Part shown: positions 14,648-28,805 of the stretch, piece by piece | How positions within the stretch are numbered: position 1 is the first letter of the stretch | How the letters are laid out: the number at the start of each line of letters is the position of its first letter | NCBI GenBank assembly: GCA_951406725.2 | Contig: OX597830.1 | Span: 23,436,001-23,500,000, forward strand | Direction: 5' to 3' | DNA from: Octopus vulgaris | Lineage: Eukaryota | Length of the DNA stretch: 64,000 nucleotides | Program-made: the position numbers and the translations under genes | The notes under the pieces: generated by a model | Databases searched by the model: none | What the model was told of the DNA's origin: nothing | The model's input: only the letters and a program-made list of their open reading frames with translations

Positions 14648-15660
14648 GATGTTTATACAGAGGCAGTGACTTACGAACAAAGTGAACACATGTTATGATT
14701 TGTACACAACGAATCCGCTTGTTTACAAGAATTTTCATGTTTAACTTCGTACATTCACCAGCAACCGATGTCACGTATTGCTTCGCTTGTTATCGTTGGT
14801 GTTGCTTGCTGCTGATGACGCTGCTGCTGCTGTTGTTGTTATTGCTGTTGTTGTTGTTGCTGTTGTTGTTGCTGTTACTGTTTTTGCAGCTGTTGCTGTT
14901 GTTGTTGCTGCTGCTGCTGCGCCCCCCCCCACCTTATTCCTTTTCCTCCTACGCCCCCTCCTCCTCCTCTTCGTCTTCTACCTCCTGTTGTTGTTATTGT
15001 TATTGTCGTTGTTGCTGCTGGCATTCCTCGCCATGCTGCTGCTGCGCCCCTCCTGTTCCTTTTCCTCCTCCTCCTTCTCCTCCTTCTCCTCCTCGTCTTC
15101 TACCCCCTGTTGCTGTTGTTGTTATTGTTATTGTTGTTGCTGCTGCTGCCATTCATCGTGCTCCTCCTCCTTCTCCTCCTCCTGTTGTAGTTGTTGTCAT
15201 TGTTGTTGCTGCTGCTACTGCTGGCATTCCTCGTCGTGCTGTCGCTGCTCCTCTCCCTCCCCCCTGTTGTTGTTATTGTTGTTGCTGCTGCTGCTGCCAT
15301 TCATCGTACTCCTCCTCCTCCTCCTCCTCCCCCGCCTGTTGTAGCTGTTGTCGTTATTGTTGTTGCTGCTGTTGCTGTTGCTGTTGCTGTCTCCGTCCCA
15401 GAGCTCGCAAGATGAGCGATGTCCGAAACGTGGTCCTTTGCTATTCGTAAAACCCGCAGAAGAGAAAGCAAGGTCAACCCCCGACACCGAGAGCATCGAC
15501 GGATGGACGAATGCGCATCCAGGCTCATGCTGTCGCTGCTCCTCTCCCTCCCCCCTGTTGTTGTTATTGTTGTTGTTGTTGCCACCGTTGTTTTTTGCTC
15601 TTGCCGCTGTTGTTGCTGATGTTGGTGTTGGTCTTATTGCCAGGATTGCTGCTGTTCTAA
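14565..15660. repeat. Compound (TGT)/(TGC)/(CCT) trinucleotide low-complexity region with duplicated sub-blocks
   Basis: For example, GCTGCTGCCATTCATCGT.CTCCTCCTCC at about 15142 and 15290, and GCTGTCGCTGCTCCTCTCCCTCCCCCCTGTTG at about 15238 and 15529. Confidence 0.9.
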
Positions 15661-15675
15661 CTGTCACTGTTACTC

Positions 15676-15884
15676 TTTTACTTCTTTCAGGCATTTGACT
15701 GCGGCCATGCTGGAGCACCGCCTTTAGTCGATCGAGCAAATCGACCCCAGGACTTATCCTTTGTAAGCCTAGTACTTATTCTATAGGTCTCTTTTGCCGA
15801 ACCGCTAAGTTACGAGGATGCAAACACACCAGCATCGGTTGTCAAGCGATGTTGGGGGGGGGATAAACACAGACACACAAACAT

Positions 15885-15932
<48 letters not shown>

Positions 15933-16086
15933 GACAGGCTTCTTTCAGTTTCCATCTACCAAATCCACCCACAAGGCTTTGGCCGGCCCGAGGCTATAAT
16001 AGAAGACACTTGCTCAAGGTGCCACGCAGTGGGACTGAACCCGGAACCATGTGGATGGTAAGCAAGCTAGTTACCACACAGCCACT
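15676..16086 (-). mobile_element. Full family B SINE with internal (TA)n
   Basis: Complete reverse complement of the family B consensus. Confidence 0.9.
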
Positions 16087-16261
16087 CATCGTCATCGTTG
16101 TTGTTGTCGTTGCCGGCGATCTTGCTGCTGTAGTTATTGTTGATGTTGTTGCTACTGTCACAGTTAATATTGTTGGTACTACTGTTGCTGTTGTTGTTGC
16201 TATCTACATTTTATATGTTACCTGAGATATTATCTGTTATCGATATCATAAATGCTAATAT

Positions 16262-17040
16262 GGCGGCGAGCTGGCAGAGAAGTTAGCACGCCGGGCGAAA
16301 TGTTTAGCGGCATTTCGTCCGTCATTGCGTTCCGAGTTCAAATGCCGCCGAGGTCGACTTTGCCTTTCATCCTTCCGGGGTCTATAAAATAAATACCAGT
16401 TATGCACTGGGATCGATGTAATCGACTTACCCTCCCTTAAAATTGCTGGCCTTGTGCCAAAATGTGAAACCAACATGATATATCGTAATAGGGCGGCGAG
16501 CTGGCAGAATCGTTACCACGCCGGGCGAAATGCTTAGCAGTATTTCGTCTGCCGTTACGTTCTGAGTTCAAAATTCCGCCGAGGTCGCCTTTGCCTTTTA
16601 TCCTTTCGGGCTCGATTAAATAAGTACCAGTTACGCACTGGGGTCGATATAATCGACTTAATCCGTTTGTCTGTCCTTGTTTGTCCTCTCTGTGTTTAGC
16701 CCCTTGTGGGTAGTAAAGAAATAGGTATTTTACCTGACTTTACGTTCTGAGTTCAAATTCTGCCGAGGTCGACTTTGCTTTTTATCCTTTCGGAGTCGAT
16801 AAATTAAGTACCAGTTGTGTACTCGTGAGGATCTAATTGACTAGCCCCCTCCCCCCAAATTTCGGGCCCTGTGCCTAGAGTAGAAAAGAATCGTTAGCAC
16901 GATGGGCAAAATGCTTACCGGCATTTCGTCTGCCTGCACGTTCTGAGTTTAAATTCTTCCAAGGATGATTTTTACCTTTTATGCTTTCAGTGTCGATACA
17001 ATAAGCACATGTTGAACACCGGGATCGATGTAATCAATTA
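16262..17040 (+). mobile_element. Tandem family A SINEs (16262-16472, 16491-16890 dimer, about 16890-17040)
   Basis: Heads GGCGGCGAGCTGGCAGA, B boxes and cores. Confidence 0.9.
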
Positions 17041-17299
17041 TATCTCTTATCTAAGTTATTCGATTCATCTGTGGTTATGGTTCTGTTTTATCTATATCTG
17101 TTTCTTTTTTCCTTCTGTACCAGTGTTATCTTAAATTTCTATTCCTTACGTTGTGTATTTTATTTATGACATAGTTATCTGCTATTTCCGTTACTCAAAT
17201 TCTTCGTAATATTCATGTTTTCTGTGATATGTGTTATCAGGGATATCTGTTCTATTTATATCATTGGTATTTATGAAATTTATTTATTGTATTTTATTG

Positions 17300-17446
17300 T
17301 AGGTGTGGGAGTGACTGTGTGGTAAGTAGCTTGCTTACGAACCACATGGTTCCAGGTTCAGTCCCACTGCGTGGAACCTTGGGCAAGTGTTTTCTACTAT
17401 AGCCTTGTGAGTGGATTTGGTAGACGGAAACTGAAAGAAGCTCGTC

Positions 17447-17502
<56 letters not shown>

Positions 17503-17722
17503 ATATACGTATGTGTGTTTGCCTTTGTCCCCCCAACATCGCTTGACAACCGATGCTGGTGTGTTTACGTCACCGTAACTTAGCGGTTCGGCCAAAAAAG
17601 ATCAATAGAGTAAGTACTAGGCTTACAAAAAATAAGTCCTGGGGTCGATTTGCTCGACTAAAGACGGTGCTCCAGCATGGCCACAGTCAAATGACTGAAA
17701 CAAGTAAAAGAGAGTAAAGAGT
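17300..17722 (+). mobile_element. Full family B SINE with internal (TA)n
   Basis: TGACTGTGTGGTAAG head, GGTTCAGTCCC, CCTTGGGCAAG and the 3' AAGTAAAAGAG tail. Confidence 0.9.
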
Positions 17723-18129
17723 ATTCATGACGCTTCCATCTGCTATTTCTGTTGTCTTAACTTATTCTTACCAGTTATGAAAATCTATGCTTTCTGGGAG
17801 ATCTATTTTTATTCGTGTCATTGTTATCTGTTACGACTGTATTCTGTGTTATCTGTTTTACTTAAGATATCATTTTTTTGTTATTTCTATTTATCTTACT
17901 TGTGACATATTTTTATATTTACCGTATTTAAGTAACCTAAACTCAGATCTTGTGTTTATAAGTCAGGGGTTAATTTTCGTAAGCCATTTTAGGTGGGAAA
18001 ATGCACGTCTCAAGCCATTAAATATAGTATCTCATTACAACGATAAAAAATAAATTGATACAATAATTATAGAATGTATTGTAGATGACACACCATATAT
18101 GCTTTTTTACTAACCTCTCGTCTTCTGAC

Positions 18130-18660
18130 GATCGAATGCCAGCGCATTACTGTGCCAGCCCCTGCAGCTCCAGTATCCACTTCCGTGTCCTGTTTCCTAT
18201 CACGCGTGAATACGACTCTGAGACATTTAAACTTCCCCCCCTCGTTTCAGTGATGCTCCACTAACATGCAAAGCACACTGGGAAGACTTTCAAGAGAGAA
18301 ACAATATCTTAGCCTTCGCAACACTAATTCTCTCATCCGTACCTATTTCTTTACTACCCAATAGGGGCTAAACACAGAGAGGACAAACAAGGACAGACAA
18401 AGGGATTAAGTCGATTACATCGACCCCAGTGCGTAACTGGTACTTAATTTATCGACCCCCGAAAGGATGAAAGGCAAAGTCGACCTCGGCGGAATTTGAA
18501 CTCAGAACCGTAACGGCAGACAAAATACGGCTACGCATTTCGCCCGGCATGCTAACGTTTCTTCCAGCTCGCCGCCTTTCATCCGCACCTTTCAGCGAAA
18601 CCTCTCGGTGCATGCTGCAGATCATTCGATAAGCTATTGTCTTTGTCATGATGTGAACTG
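18130..18660 (-). mobile_element. Degenerate RTE-type RT fragment interrupted by a family A SINE (18345-18577, -)
   Basis: Minus strand resembles the post-YADD RT segment (KFKCLRVVFTRDRKQDTEVD). Imperfect TSD TCATCCG(T/C)ACCT at about 18333 and 18579. Confidence 0.6.
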
Positions 18661-20068
18661 CTTTAGATTCAACAGACCAATTCTAGTCATATATCATAGC
18701 CAAACCAGTACAAATCCGAAATATATAATCTCTTACGTAACATAAATAAATCCTACATTATTATGCTGTATCTATATCACATGTTACGTACGTTACACCG
18801 CTTTCATCTATTATATTTATGTTTATTGTTAATATCTAACATTTTCAGCGCTATTCAGTCCTATTTCAATGGATGTCTCATTCTTTTGTGCAAATAATAG
18901 TTCTTTTACCACCATTATTGTCCCGTCTCTCCCTCTTTCCCTCTTTGTGTACCTCACACACAAGCTCTCTCTTATCGTCATTTTTATCCCATCTCCTTGG
19001 CTTGTTCTCTCTCACCATCTCTCTCCCATATCGCAATTATTATTTTGTCTCTCTCTTTCTCACACGTATTTTTATTGCAATTATTATCTTTCATCTCTCT
19101 CGTACCACCATTTTATATCGTCTTTCTTTCTCTTTCATTCTTCTCCCGCTCCCTCTCCCTCTCTTTCTCTCTGTCTCTCTTATTGCCATTGTTCCCTCTC
19201 TCCCTCTCTCATGTTGCCATTTTATCTTGTCTCCTTTTCTCTCCCACACTCTTATTAACCTTTTTATCCCCTGTTTGTCTGTCTCTCTTAAAATCATTAT
19301 CTCGTCTCTCTCTCTCCCTCTCTCCTTTGCTCACATACGCATATTTATTATCATTGCCGTTATTACCCACCCCCCTCTCTTATCGCCGTTATTATTGCAT
19401 CGCTCATTATATCACTAACTCTCCCCTTTCATATCATCAATAATCCAGTGTCTCTGCCTGTCTGCTTGCCTGCCTATATGTCTGTCTGTCTGTCTAACGT
19501 ATGTCTATCTGAATGTCTGTCTGTCTGACTGTTTGTGTGTCTCTGTGTCTGTGTATCTCTGCGTCTCTCTTTTTCTGTCTCCTTCTCTCTCCCCCAAATC
19601 TTCTGTTGAAGCCTTCACCATATTGAATCATTAAGACAAAAAGGAGCAAAAATACATTAGATAAATGTCGTTTTGAGTACACTATGTCTGAAAATAGACG
19701 AGAAGGTTACGGCTGAGATATATTCGACCATATATTTGATTTAGCTCTTCTGAATTCGGACAAAACAACAATAAATACATCACAATCACAGTTTTTGAGG
19801 AGCCAACAAAGGAGTCGCTGCAAAATGGTCTATCTGCTAGAAATAGAAACCAAAACTCCTTTAAATCACGCCTTGTTATTTTTAGAAAGGAAGGCCACAT
19901 TAGACAATGTAGTAGTCTTAGATGGACACAAAGATCATGATTGAAATATCTTCGTTGGTCGACCAATAAGCAGATATAGACACTATATCTGCTTATTGGT
20001 CTGACTAGCGCTAGTTATTGACAGCTCAACCAAACACACTTTATCATTAAACTTATTGTTTAGCTAAA

Positions 20069-20825
20069 GGCGGTGATCAGGCAGAATTGTTAAAACGCCG
20101 AACCAAATGCTAAGCGGCATTTCTTCCTGATTTACTTTCTGAGTTCAAATGCTGCCAAGGCTGGCTTTGCCATTTATCCTTTCGAGGTCTATGAAATAAA
20201 TACAAATCAAGTACCGGCTTTGATGTAATCCACTAACCCCATCCCTCAAAATTTCTGGCTTCGTGCCTATATATAGTACAAGCAATTATTGTCTAGCTAA
20301 AAGCATCGGGTTGGTTGAATCGCTAGCACACCGGACAAAATGCTTTGCAGCATTTCTCTCGGCTTTGCGTTCTGAGTTCAAATTCCATCGGGGTCGACTT
20401 TATCTTTCATCCTTTCGAGGACGATAAAATAAATACCAGTCGAGCTCTAGAGTCCATGTAACTGACTAGGCCTCTCCTCTGTTTCAGGTCTTGTGCCATC
20501 AATAAAAAGCACGCCTACAAAATGCTTAGTAACATTTCTTTCGGCACTTTACGTTCCGAGTTCAAATCCCGCGTGGATTAATTTGTCTTTCATTCCTCAG
20601 GGATCAATAAAAAAAAGTGTCGATCGTGTATTTCGATGGAGCATCTTTGCGGTGTTTTTTTCCCCCGCTCTCTACTTTCTGTATTCAAATCCTAGTGAGG
20701 TCAACTTTGCCTTTCATCCTTTCCGAAAATTGATATAATAAAGTACCAGTCATGTGCTGGGGCCGATGCTATTAACTAATCTCTTCCCATCAAAATTGCT
20801 AGATATGTGGCTAAACTGGAAGCCA
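20069..20825 (+). mobile_element. Old tandem family A SINEs
   Basis: About four degenerate GAGTTCAAAT/CTTTCATCCT cores. Confidence 0.8.
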
Positions 20826-20984
20826 TTATTATTTAGTTAAGGTCTGCGCAGAAAGAGTACAAGTGCAGACAGGACGAGGTCGTTCGAAACCTTCGTTGGC
20901 TACTATGACGGAAGTATGGATACGAGGTAACGGGCGCTTGATATCAACATGCACCGGAAAAGGTAATGGACGAAAACGGGAAGG

Positions 20985-21092
20985 AGGAAAGGCAGAGTCG
21001 GCCTCGGCCGAATTTCAACTCAGAACTTAAAGACAGACGAAATGCCACTAAGCATTTTGCCCGCGTACTAAAGATGCTGGTGGCTCACCGCC
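20985..21092 (-). mobile_element. Partial family A SINE next to (TAA)n at 21097-21190
   Basis: Head and B box present. Confidence 0.75.
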
Positions 21093-21095
21093 TTA

Positions 21096-21182
<87 letters not shown>

Positions 21183-21329
21183 GATAATAACGACGATGAC
21201 AACAACAAACATACAAATACCATAAAGAAGGCTTCTTCCTGAATTGGTGAAACGATTTCCATTTTTCTTTTTGTGGTGGGGATTACAGAAGCCATTCACG
21301 ACAAGATACCGAGTAACCAGCACTAAAGC

Positions 21330-21660
21330 TGGCCTCAAGCAGCCATTTTGTCTCTGGAGTTACAAAAGTAAAAGAGAGAAAAAAAATTTTTAAATAAAAA
21401 AAGGTGAGAGATCTAAAGAGAAGAGGCCATAAAAGGCACTAAAACGATCAATTCAAGATTTAAAAGTATTAAGATTATATCGGAGGGAAACAAGTTGGAA
21501 GAGGGTTCCTGAAGACAAATGCTCGAAGAAAGAAATTAATTGTGTAGAAACTTTTACAAGAAGGGAGGGACAACACCAGCGATGCGAATTTTACAAGAAT
21601 TCAGTATCAGCATTTTGAAACTGTCTAACAGGAATTCTTACCGAGAGAAGTCGCCGCAGG
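21330..21660 (-). mobile_element. 3' fragment of a CR1/L2-group LINE
   Basis: Minus strand reads FFLRAFVFRNPLPTCFPP..YNLNTFKS*IDR, resembling the WNSLP..FP..YNL..FKSRVN C-terminal motif. Confidence 0.5.
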
Positions 21661-21689
21661 TCCTACTGAATCTTTGTATGTTTATTTTA

Positions 21690-21758
21690 ACACACACACA
21701 CACACACACACGCACACACGCACGCACACACATCTATCTATATATATATGTATGTATC

Positions 21759-21814
<56 letters not shown>

Positions 21815-21979
21815 TATATATGTATATATGTATATGTATATATGTATATGCATGTATATATATATATATATATACGTATATAGATATGTATGTATACATA
21901 CATATATATGTACGTATATATGTATATCTATAGTTGCATGAGTGTATATATATATATATACATATATTTGTATATATAC

Positions 21980-22018
<39 letters not shown>

Positions 22019-22063
22019 CGGATGAATATGTATAAATATACATATATATATATATGTATGTAT

Positions 22064-22094
<31 letters not shown>

Positions 22095-22150
22095 CATATA
22101 TACACACACACACGTACAAACATACACACGCACACATATATATATATAGG
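21690..22150. repeat. (CA)n/(TA)n/(TATG)n microsatellite block
   Basis: Directly visible. Confidence 0.95.
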
Positions 22151-22897
22151 TTTGTGCTCCACAAGAACGAATGAGCTCAGGATACAGTAACCGAATATTA
22201 AAGGATGCGTTCCTCGCAATAGAATCTGATAGTGATTTATTCTTGTGGAGCCAAATCTTCGGTTTAAAAGTTGTTTACTGATGAAAAAGTAGTCACATTT
22301 GTCTGGTGTGTATATATACACCCACAAAATATCTTTCCACCTAGTGACATGGAATAAAATCTTAAGAGAGTATGAAACTCTAACATTACCGCTAACTTCA
22401 TAGTCATGATTAGCATAAGCGAAACCGGACGACTATGTAAATATTTTATTTCATAATACACACACACACACACGCGCACACACACATATATACATACACA
22501 CAAATATATATACATTATCCAACAAAAAAACTTCTCACTATGTATATTTATGCGCGTGTGTGCGTGAGTGTGTGTGTGTGTTTGCGTGTGTGATTTTGAA
22601 TCAGAAACTGCGATAATAACGTAAATAGTATCGATGGCAAATACCCAACAAATGTGTTTCGTCTACACGCTTATTAACTGCAGAATTTCGTCGGCGGAAA
22701 CAAATCACCTTTAGCATGTCCAATGTTTTAAAAGACAATACCTAAAACCAGCCGAGGTATTGAATACTTTTTAACATTGAACATCTTGACGGGATTTTCC
22801 CTGGACGAAATTCCGCAGCCAATACCCAATAACCGTATAAACAACGCATAAAATGCAGGCATACACGCAAACATGCATGCATGCTTACATACAAAAA

Positions 22898-23185
22898 TTA
22901 TGGCTGCCCCCTCATAATCGAGTATGGCCATTGCACGAAGCTTAACTGTTACTGGTGCTGTGATCGAATGTGACTTTTTAGCCCAGCTAAAGATCTACAA
23001 TATCTTGTACAGAGTTGGCAACTAAAACCTTTACTGGTAATAGCCGGCTGTAGTTGTAACTGGGCTTCATGTACCTTTGCATGTCGTTTAAGTCCTCCTG
23101 CCGAATTACACTCTCTTCCACATGCCCAACAGATATGATTAGTATGGTGTGATACACCACCACCAGTGGCCAGGTTGTCACTCAT
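22898..23185 (-). mobile_element. RTE-type LINE 3' end encoding two C2H2-like zinc fingers
   Basis: ORF 22949-23185 contains CWACGRECNSAGGLKRHAKVH and CQLCTRYCRSLAGLKSHIRS. CxxCxRxCxSxxGLxSH is the typical RTE C-terminal finger; there is no TGEKP linker. Confidence 0.65.
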
Positions 23186-23622
23186 CTATCTCGCTTAATG
23201 ACTACATACAAAAATACATACATACATACATTCATGTGTGCATACAAACATACATATATACACACAAATTCGTACTTGCATTCATATATGAATATGTGTG
23301 TGTGTTTGCATATTATTATTATATACGTTTTGCATGTATTTTTAAACGTTCATGCTATTAAAGACTTTGTGTTCTAATCAACACATCAGTTTATTGTTTC
23401 TGTTAACCTACTAATCGATCATTCTGCTATTCTTGTATTCTATACAGTTAAATTCAGTTGAATTCCGAATGCGTTTTTCTCATATCATGTAATTTAGGAA
23501 AAGTAGCCATTCTATGTTAATTTTTATCTTAAGTATTCCTTCAGTATTCCTTATTCTGCCGTTGGTAACAAAAGGAAAGAAATAAAAGTGAACAAAAAAA
23601 CTGGTTGCAGACAAGACACGTT

Positions 23623-23691
<69 letters not shown>

Positions 23692-24102
23692 GTGCGCGTG
23701 CGTGTGTGTATGTGGAGTTAATTGTTGTTTATAGGGTATATGTGTATGCGTATGCGTTTATAAGTCAGCGTGTGTAGTGTGTGTGTATATATTTCTAAGG
23801 GTATGCGACCTCTTCGTATTGGTTACATACACACAGGCACACGCACACATTTTTACACATACACACACTTACGTATATACACATGTATGTATATGTGTAT
23901 ATATATACATATAAATACATGCATGTATAATTACCTTTATATCGAAACAGCAATTTTAGGAAAACATGTTAAGCAACACTAATAATAAATAAAAAAACAA
24001 GCTTTTGGCGGTTCTATAGATACTTCAAAATTATGATGCTATAATGCTAGGTGTTTCCATTATTTTGTCAAGCCCCTGTATATATATCTAAAGACCTTGT
24101 AT

Positions 24103-24322
24103 CTTTTACTGGTTTCAACCATAGACTGCGGACATTCTGAAACACCATCTTGGGGAATGTTCTAGTCGAATGACTCGACTCCGGTACCTTCTTTTAAAGC
24201 ATGGTACTTATTCTATCGGTTTCATTTGCCGAGTCGCTAGGCTACGTGGGCAGAAACAAACTTGCTCTATGTTCCACGCAGTGAGACTGAACCTGGAACC
24301 ACGTCGTTGGGAAGCAAACTTT
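24103..24322 (-). mobile_element. Degenerate family B SINE
   Basis: Tail and head segments are recognisable. Confidence 0.7.
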
Positions 24323-24325
24323 CAA

Positions 24326-24474
<149 letters not shown>

Positions 24475-24655
24475 AATATGTATGTCTGTCTGTCTGTCTC
24501 TACCTATGTGTATATACATGTACGTATATATGTATGTATATCTGTGCGTATTTACAAATACATACATACATACACGCACACACACACATATATATATATA
24601 TACACATATACATGTAACTGTATATATATACCTATATATATATATATATAGATAT

Positions 24656-24719
<64 letters not shown>

Positions 24720-25585
24720 CCACACACCCGCAACAAACACATACATGTATACAGATGCATATTCACTTACATATACATAACTTTTTGGAGTGGTGGTGGT
24801 AGTGGCGGTCGGGGAAAAATCATTTTCTTTGGAGTATTCCAGCCGGTAACTAACAAAGTGACAAGGTTCTTTTGTTTAGCTCAATACAGCTCTTGGGGGT
24901 TTGTGAATACGTGAATTAGCGAGTGTATATATGCGTGTATAAATGTATATCAGTGGACAAACTCAAACTCATGTAGCGGGTGCGCATGTCATTTTTGTAC
25001 ACGAATAAACAAACATGTGTTCACATCTACCTAAATGAGTGTATGAATGCATGCATGCGTGTGTATATGTATGTATGCATGTGTGTATGTATGTTTGTAT
25101 GTATGTATGAGTGTATTTATGTATGTATTATGTATGTATGTAGGTATTCATGCCTGCATGTAAGTATGTATGTGTGTGTATGTATGTGTATGTATGCATG
25201 TATGTATGTGTATACCTATATATGTGTGTGGATGAGTGTGTGTGCGTGCGTGTGTATACCTATATATATATATATATATATATGAATAAATGATCGTACG
25301 CACTCTTGTATGTATGTATGTATGTATGTATGTATGTATGTATGTATGCATGTATGTATGTGTGTTAGTATGCATGTATGTGAATGTATGGATGTGTGTA
25401 TCTATATATATGTATGTATGTATGCATGTATGTATGTATATATGTATGTATACCTATGTATATATATGTGTGTTTGTATGTATACCTGTATATATATATA
25501 TATATGAATAAATGTTCGTACACACTCGTGTATGTATGTATATATGTATGTACGTACGTAGGTTCTTACGTGCTTACGTACATAC

Positions 25586-25642
<57 letters not shown>

Positions 25643-26309
25643 TGTATGTATGTACGTGTATATGTATGCATATATGTATGCATGTATGTATCTATGTATA
25701 CGTTGGTTACTATATTGCAAGGCAGTGCTGCAGACGAACAGAGAGATTTAATGAAGAAAATCACGGTATTGATTATTAGTATGGTTTTCCAGCAATGGCA
25801 GCCAGCCGCCAGCAAATTCAAAGTGTATCGCTGAGAGATAGGTAGCTACGCACCGCTGTTATCACATTTCCATTCCATTCAGGAATTCACCGTGAGATAA
25901 ACGCGTTGCATGTTTATCACACGGTATCTCGTGTTGATATCATTGATAACGACCGACAATGGTGGAATGTTCGCCAGATTCAAGCTAGCAACTTAAAACA
26001 GTGCTGTAACACAATACATAGCTAATTGATCGTTGTTGCTAGTGTTGTTGTTGCTGTTGTTGTTGTTTTTGCATGTCACGTTGTTCTCCGGAGCATTCCG
26101 ACCTAACTTTTACACGTAGACGTTTATCGTTTTACACAGGTAGACAACTAATTTAATTGAATGAGATTACCTGATATATTCTATGTATGTATGTATGTAT
26201 GTATGTATGTATGTATGTATGTATGTATGTATGTATGTATGTATGTATGTATGTATGTACGTACGTATACGAGACACAAACACATACACATATATATATG
26301 TTTACTTGT

Positions 26310-26525
26310 GTGTGTGTGGCTTTGTGTTTATGTTCAACGCCTGACAACCGATGTTGGTTTGTTTGCCTACCAATTAATTAGCAGTTCGTTGAAAGAAACC
26401 GATAGAATATGTGTTAGTTATAAAAATCAAGCACAAATATTTTGATTGATTTATTCGACTGAAACCCTTGAAGGCGATGCTCCAGCATGGCTGCACTCCA
26501 ATAACAGAAAGAAGTCAAAATATAA
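26310..26525 (+). mobile_element. Degenerate 3' half of family B SINE
   Basis: GACAACCGATG...CCGATAGAATA...GCTCCAGCATGGC. Confidence 0.75.
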
Positions 26526-27309
26526 AATAACATATATTTATATGTTAAATATTACAAACCCTTGCTGTGGGTGAACTAGGGACGAAAACATTCCTTATAT
26601 GCTTGTGATGTGTGGACAAAATGTTAGCAAAGGGAGTTTCCTCATGAACTATTTCACAGTTTGTTGTCCACTCCCCAGAGAAGACATAATATGGAAACCT
26701 GGTTACCAAACTAGCTTCTTCCATTTCTAACCATAATATATGTTACCACATTGCTTCTTCACTTCATTTTACTTTTCATTTTCTAGTTTGTGGCCAAGAG
26801 GATAAAACTTTCTCTACGTCTCTTGCTTGTTGGCAATGGAAAAATATCCGAAACGTTCGATACTTCACGCCTCCTTAAGCCAAGTCAACTTTTTGAATTC
26901 GTCCACGAGCTTTCCTGGTTAAATTACATTCGATTACATTTAATTTGACGGAGTTATTAGAGCGCCGATGAGGATGCTTTGCGTCCTTCGTTCCCGCTCT
27001 TCGCGCTGAGACGAAGCGAATGTCTTAAAGAATGTATCGTTTATTTATATAATCTAAGGTTTAAAAATTTGTCTTCGACCTCTGATGGTTTACGGTAGGC
27101 TGCAGTGTGGCACTAGTTTGTATTGCATTACACGATTGCAGTTCTTTTTGCAAATCAATATGTAAAATAATTAGAAAGCTGTGAAGCTGGAAATATCTGT
27201 ACGTAACGTCAAGTTCGAAGCAAAAACAATCGTCGTGAAGCCGGAAAAACGAAGAAGCTTCCATATGGTCATTCGATCAGCTAGAAATGACAGCAAAATT
27301 TCTTCCAGA

Positions 27310-27527
27310 TATTGATTTAAAATTTTGGCACAAGGCCAGCAATTTCGGGGCGGGAGTACGTCAATTACATCGAGCCCAGTCTTCGACTGGTACTTATTTT
27401 ATCAACCCCAAAAGAGTGAAAGGCGAGGTCGACCTAGATGCAATTTTAAACTCAGAACGTAGAGACAGACTAAATGCCGCTTAGCATTTTGTCCGACGTG
27501 CTAGCGGTTCTGCCTGCTGGCCACCTT
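27310..27527 (-). mobile_element. Degenerate family A SINE
   Basis: Tail, core and head are recognisable. Confidence 0.8.
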
Positions 27528-27822
27528 AATTCCTCCAAATATTAATCACTTAGGGTCCTTGATATACACCAAGAAGACAAAATGATAACGGTTGGCATAA
27601 CTTTGAACATGGGTGCACTCGACTAGGGCTGAGCTGGTACCAAATAACTTCTCAGACTACCAGCTATGCAAAATATTATGATAGGTTAGAAGATATACCA
27701 ATTCCATTGAAGCTGGGTGGGGCTGAGATGAGAGCCCTCGCGTCTACATTCGCAGTCAGCTTCCGCATACCATCAAGATAAGGATGTTAGACTTTCTAAA
27801 AAATATTTGATAAAATCTACGG

Positions 27823-27857
<35 letters not shown>

Positions 27858-27961
27858 CGCGCGCGCGCACGTACACACATATCTACACATACACCCACAT
27901 ACATAATATGCATATATATACGTACACACATCTATATATATATATGCATGTAAGTATATGC

Positions 27962-28004
<43 letters not shown>

Positions 28005-28089
28005 GAGTCGTCATATTTTTCTATTATATTACAAAAATCGCAATAAATATTTAAAAATCATACTACGCAACGCATTACTCATATATATC

Positions 28090-28150
<61 letters not shown>

Positions 28151-28209
28151 ATATAGATATAGATAACTATATTTATATATATGTATGTGTGTATATATGT
28201 ATATATATT

Positions 28210-28272
<63 letters not shown>

Positions 28273-28805
28273 GGTTGTGTGTGTGTATGTGTACATGTGT
28301 GTGTTTTCCATCCGAGAACTGTATGAGGTTTTGTTTGTTTAAGACGTAGCTAATATCTGTTGAGCAGTAGAATTTTCTTCTCTCTCGCAGACAAGTCCCT
28401 TCCACCGACCAGCAGTGAAAGGGTGTTCTTAATCATGATGGCTGACTAACGCTCTTCGATTTTAAATTTCTAATGCATAATGAGCGCCAAAAGTTTTCCT
28501 ATTATTAAACGTATTACTATTTCTAGCATTTACGTGACATGTCATTTTCCTTCAATGGTTTTCTCATTAGTCGAGAGGGAAGTTGTGGTTGTTTCTTTTC
28601 TGTTTCGCATGGAGGTAGAAGTAATTATATATCGTTTAGTTTAGTTCTTTCTATTCATTACTAACGTGTACAATTATTTGACGACCTGCGTATATCTAGT
28701 TTTCAACACCATACAGACATTTCAAATATTTGCTAAGTGTAAACATTATTATATCTCGGACCGTCAATACAAAGTTATCACCTCCCTTCTATGATACTAA
28801 TCAGT

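Noticed and set aside
15405-15442. GATGAG..CGAAAC hammerhead-like string
   Set aside because: It lacks CTGA and a paired stem II.
14695-15739. Cys/Pro/Leu-rich ORFs
   Set aside because: Compound trinucleotide repeat open in multiple frames.
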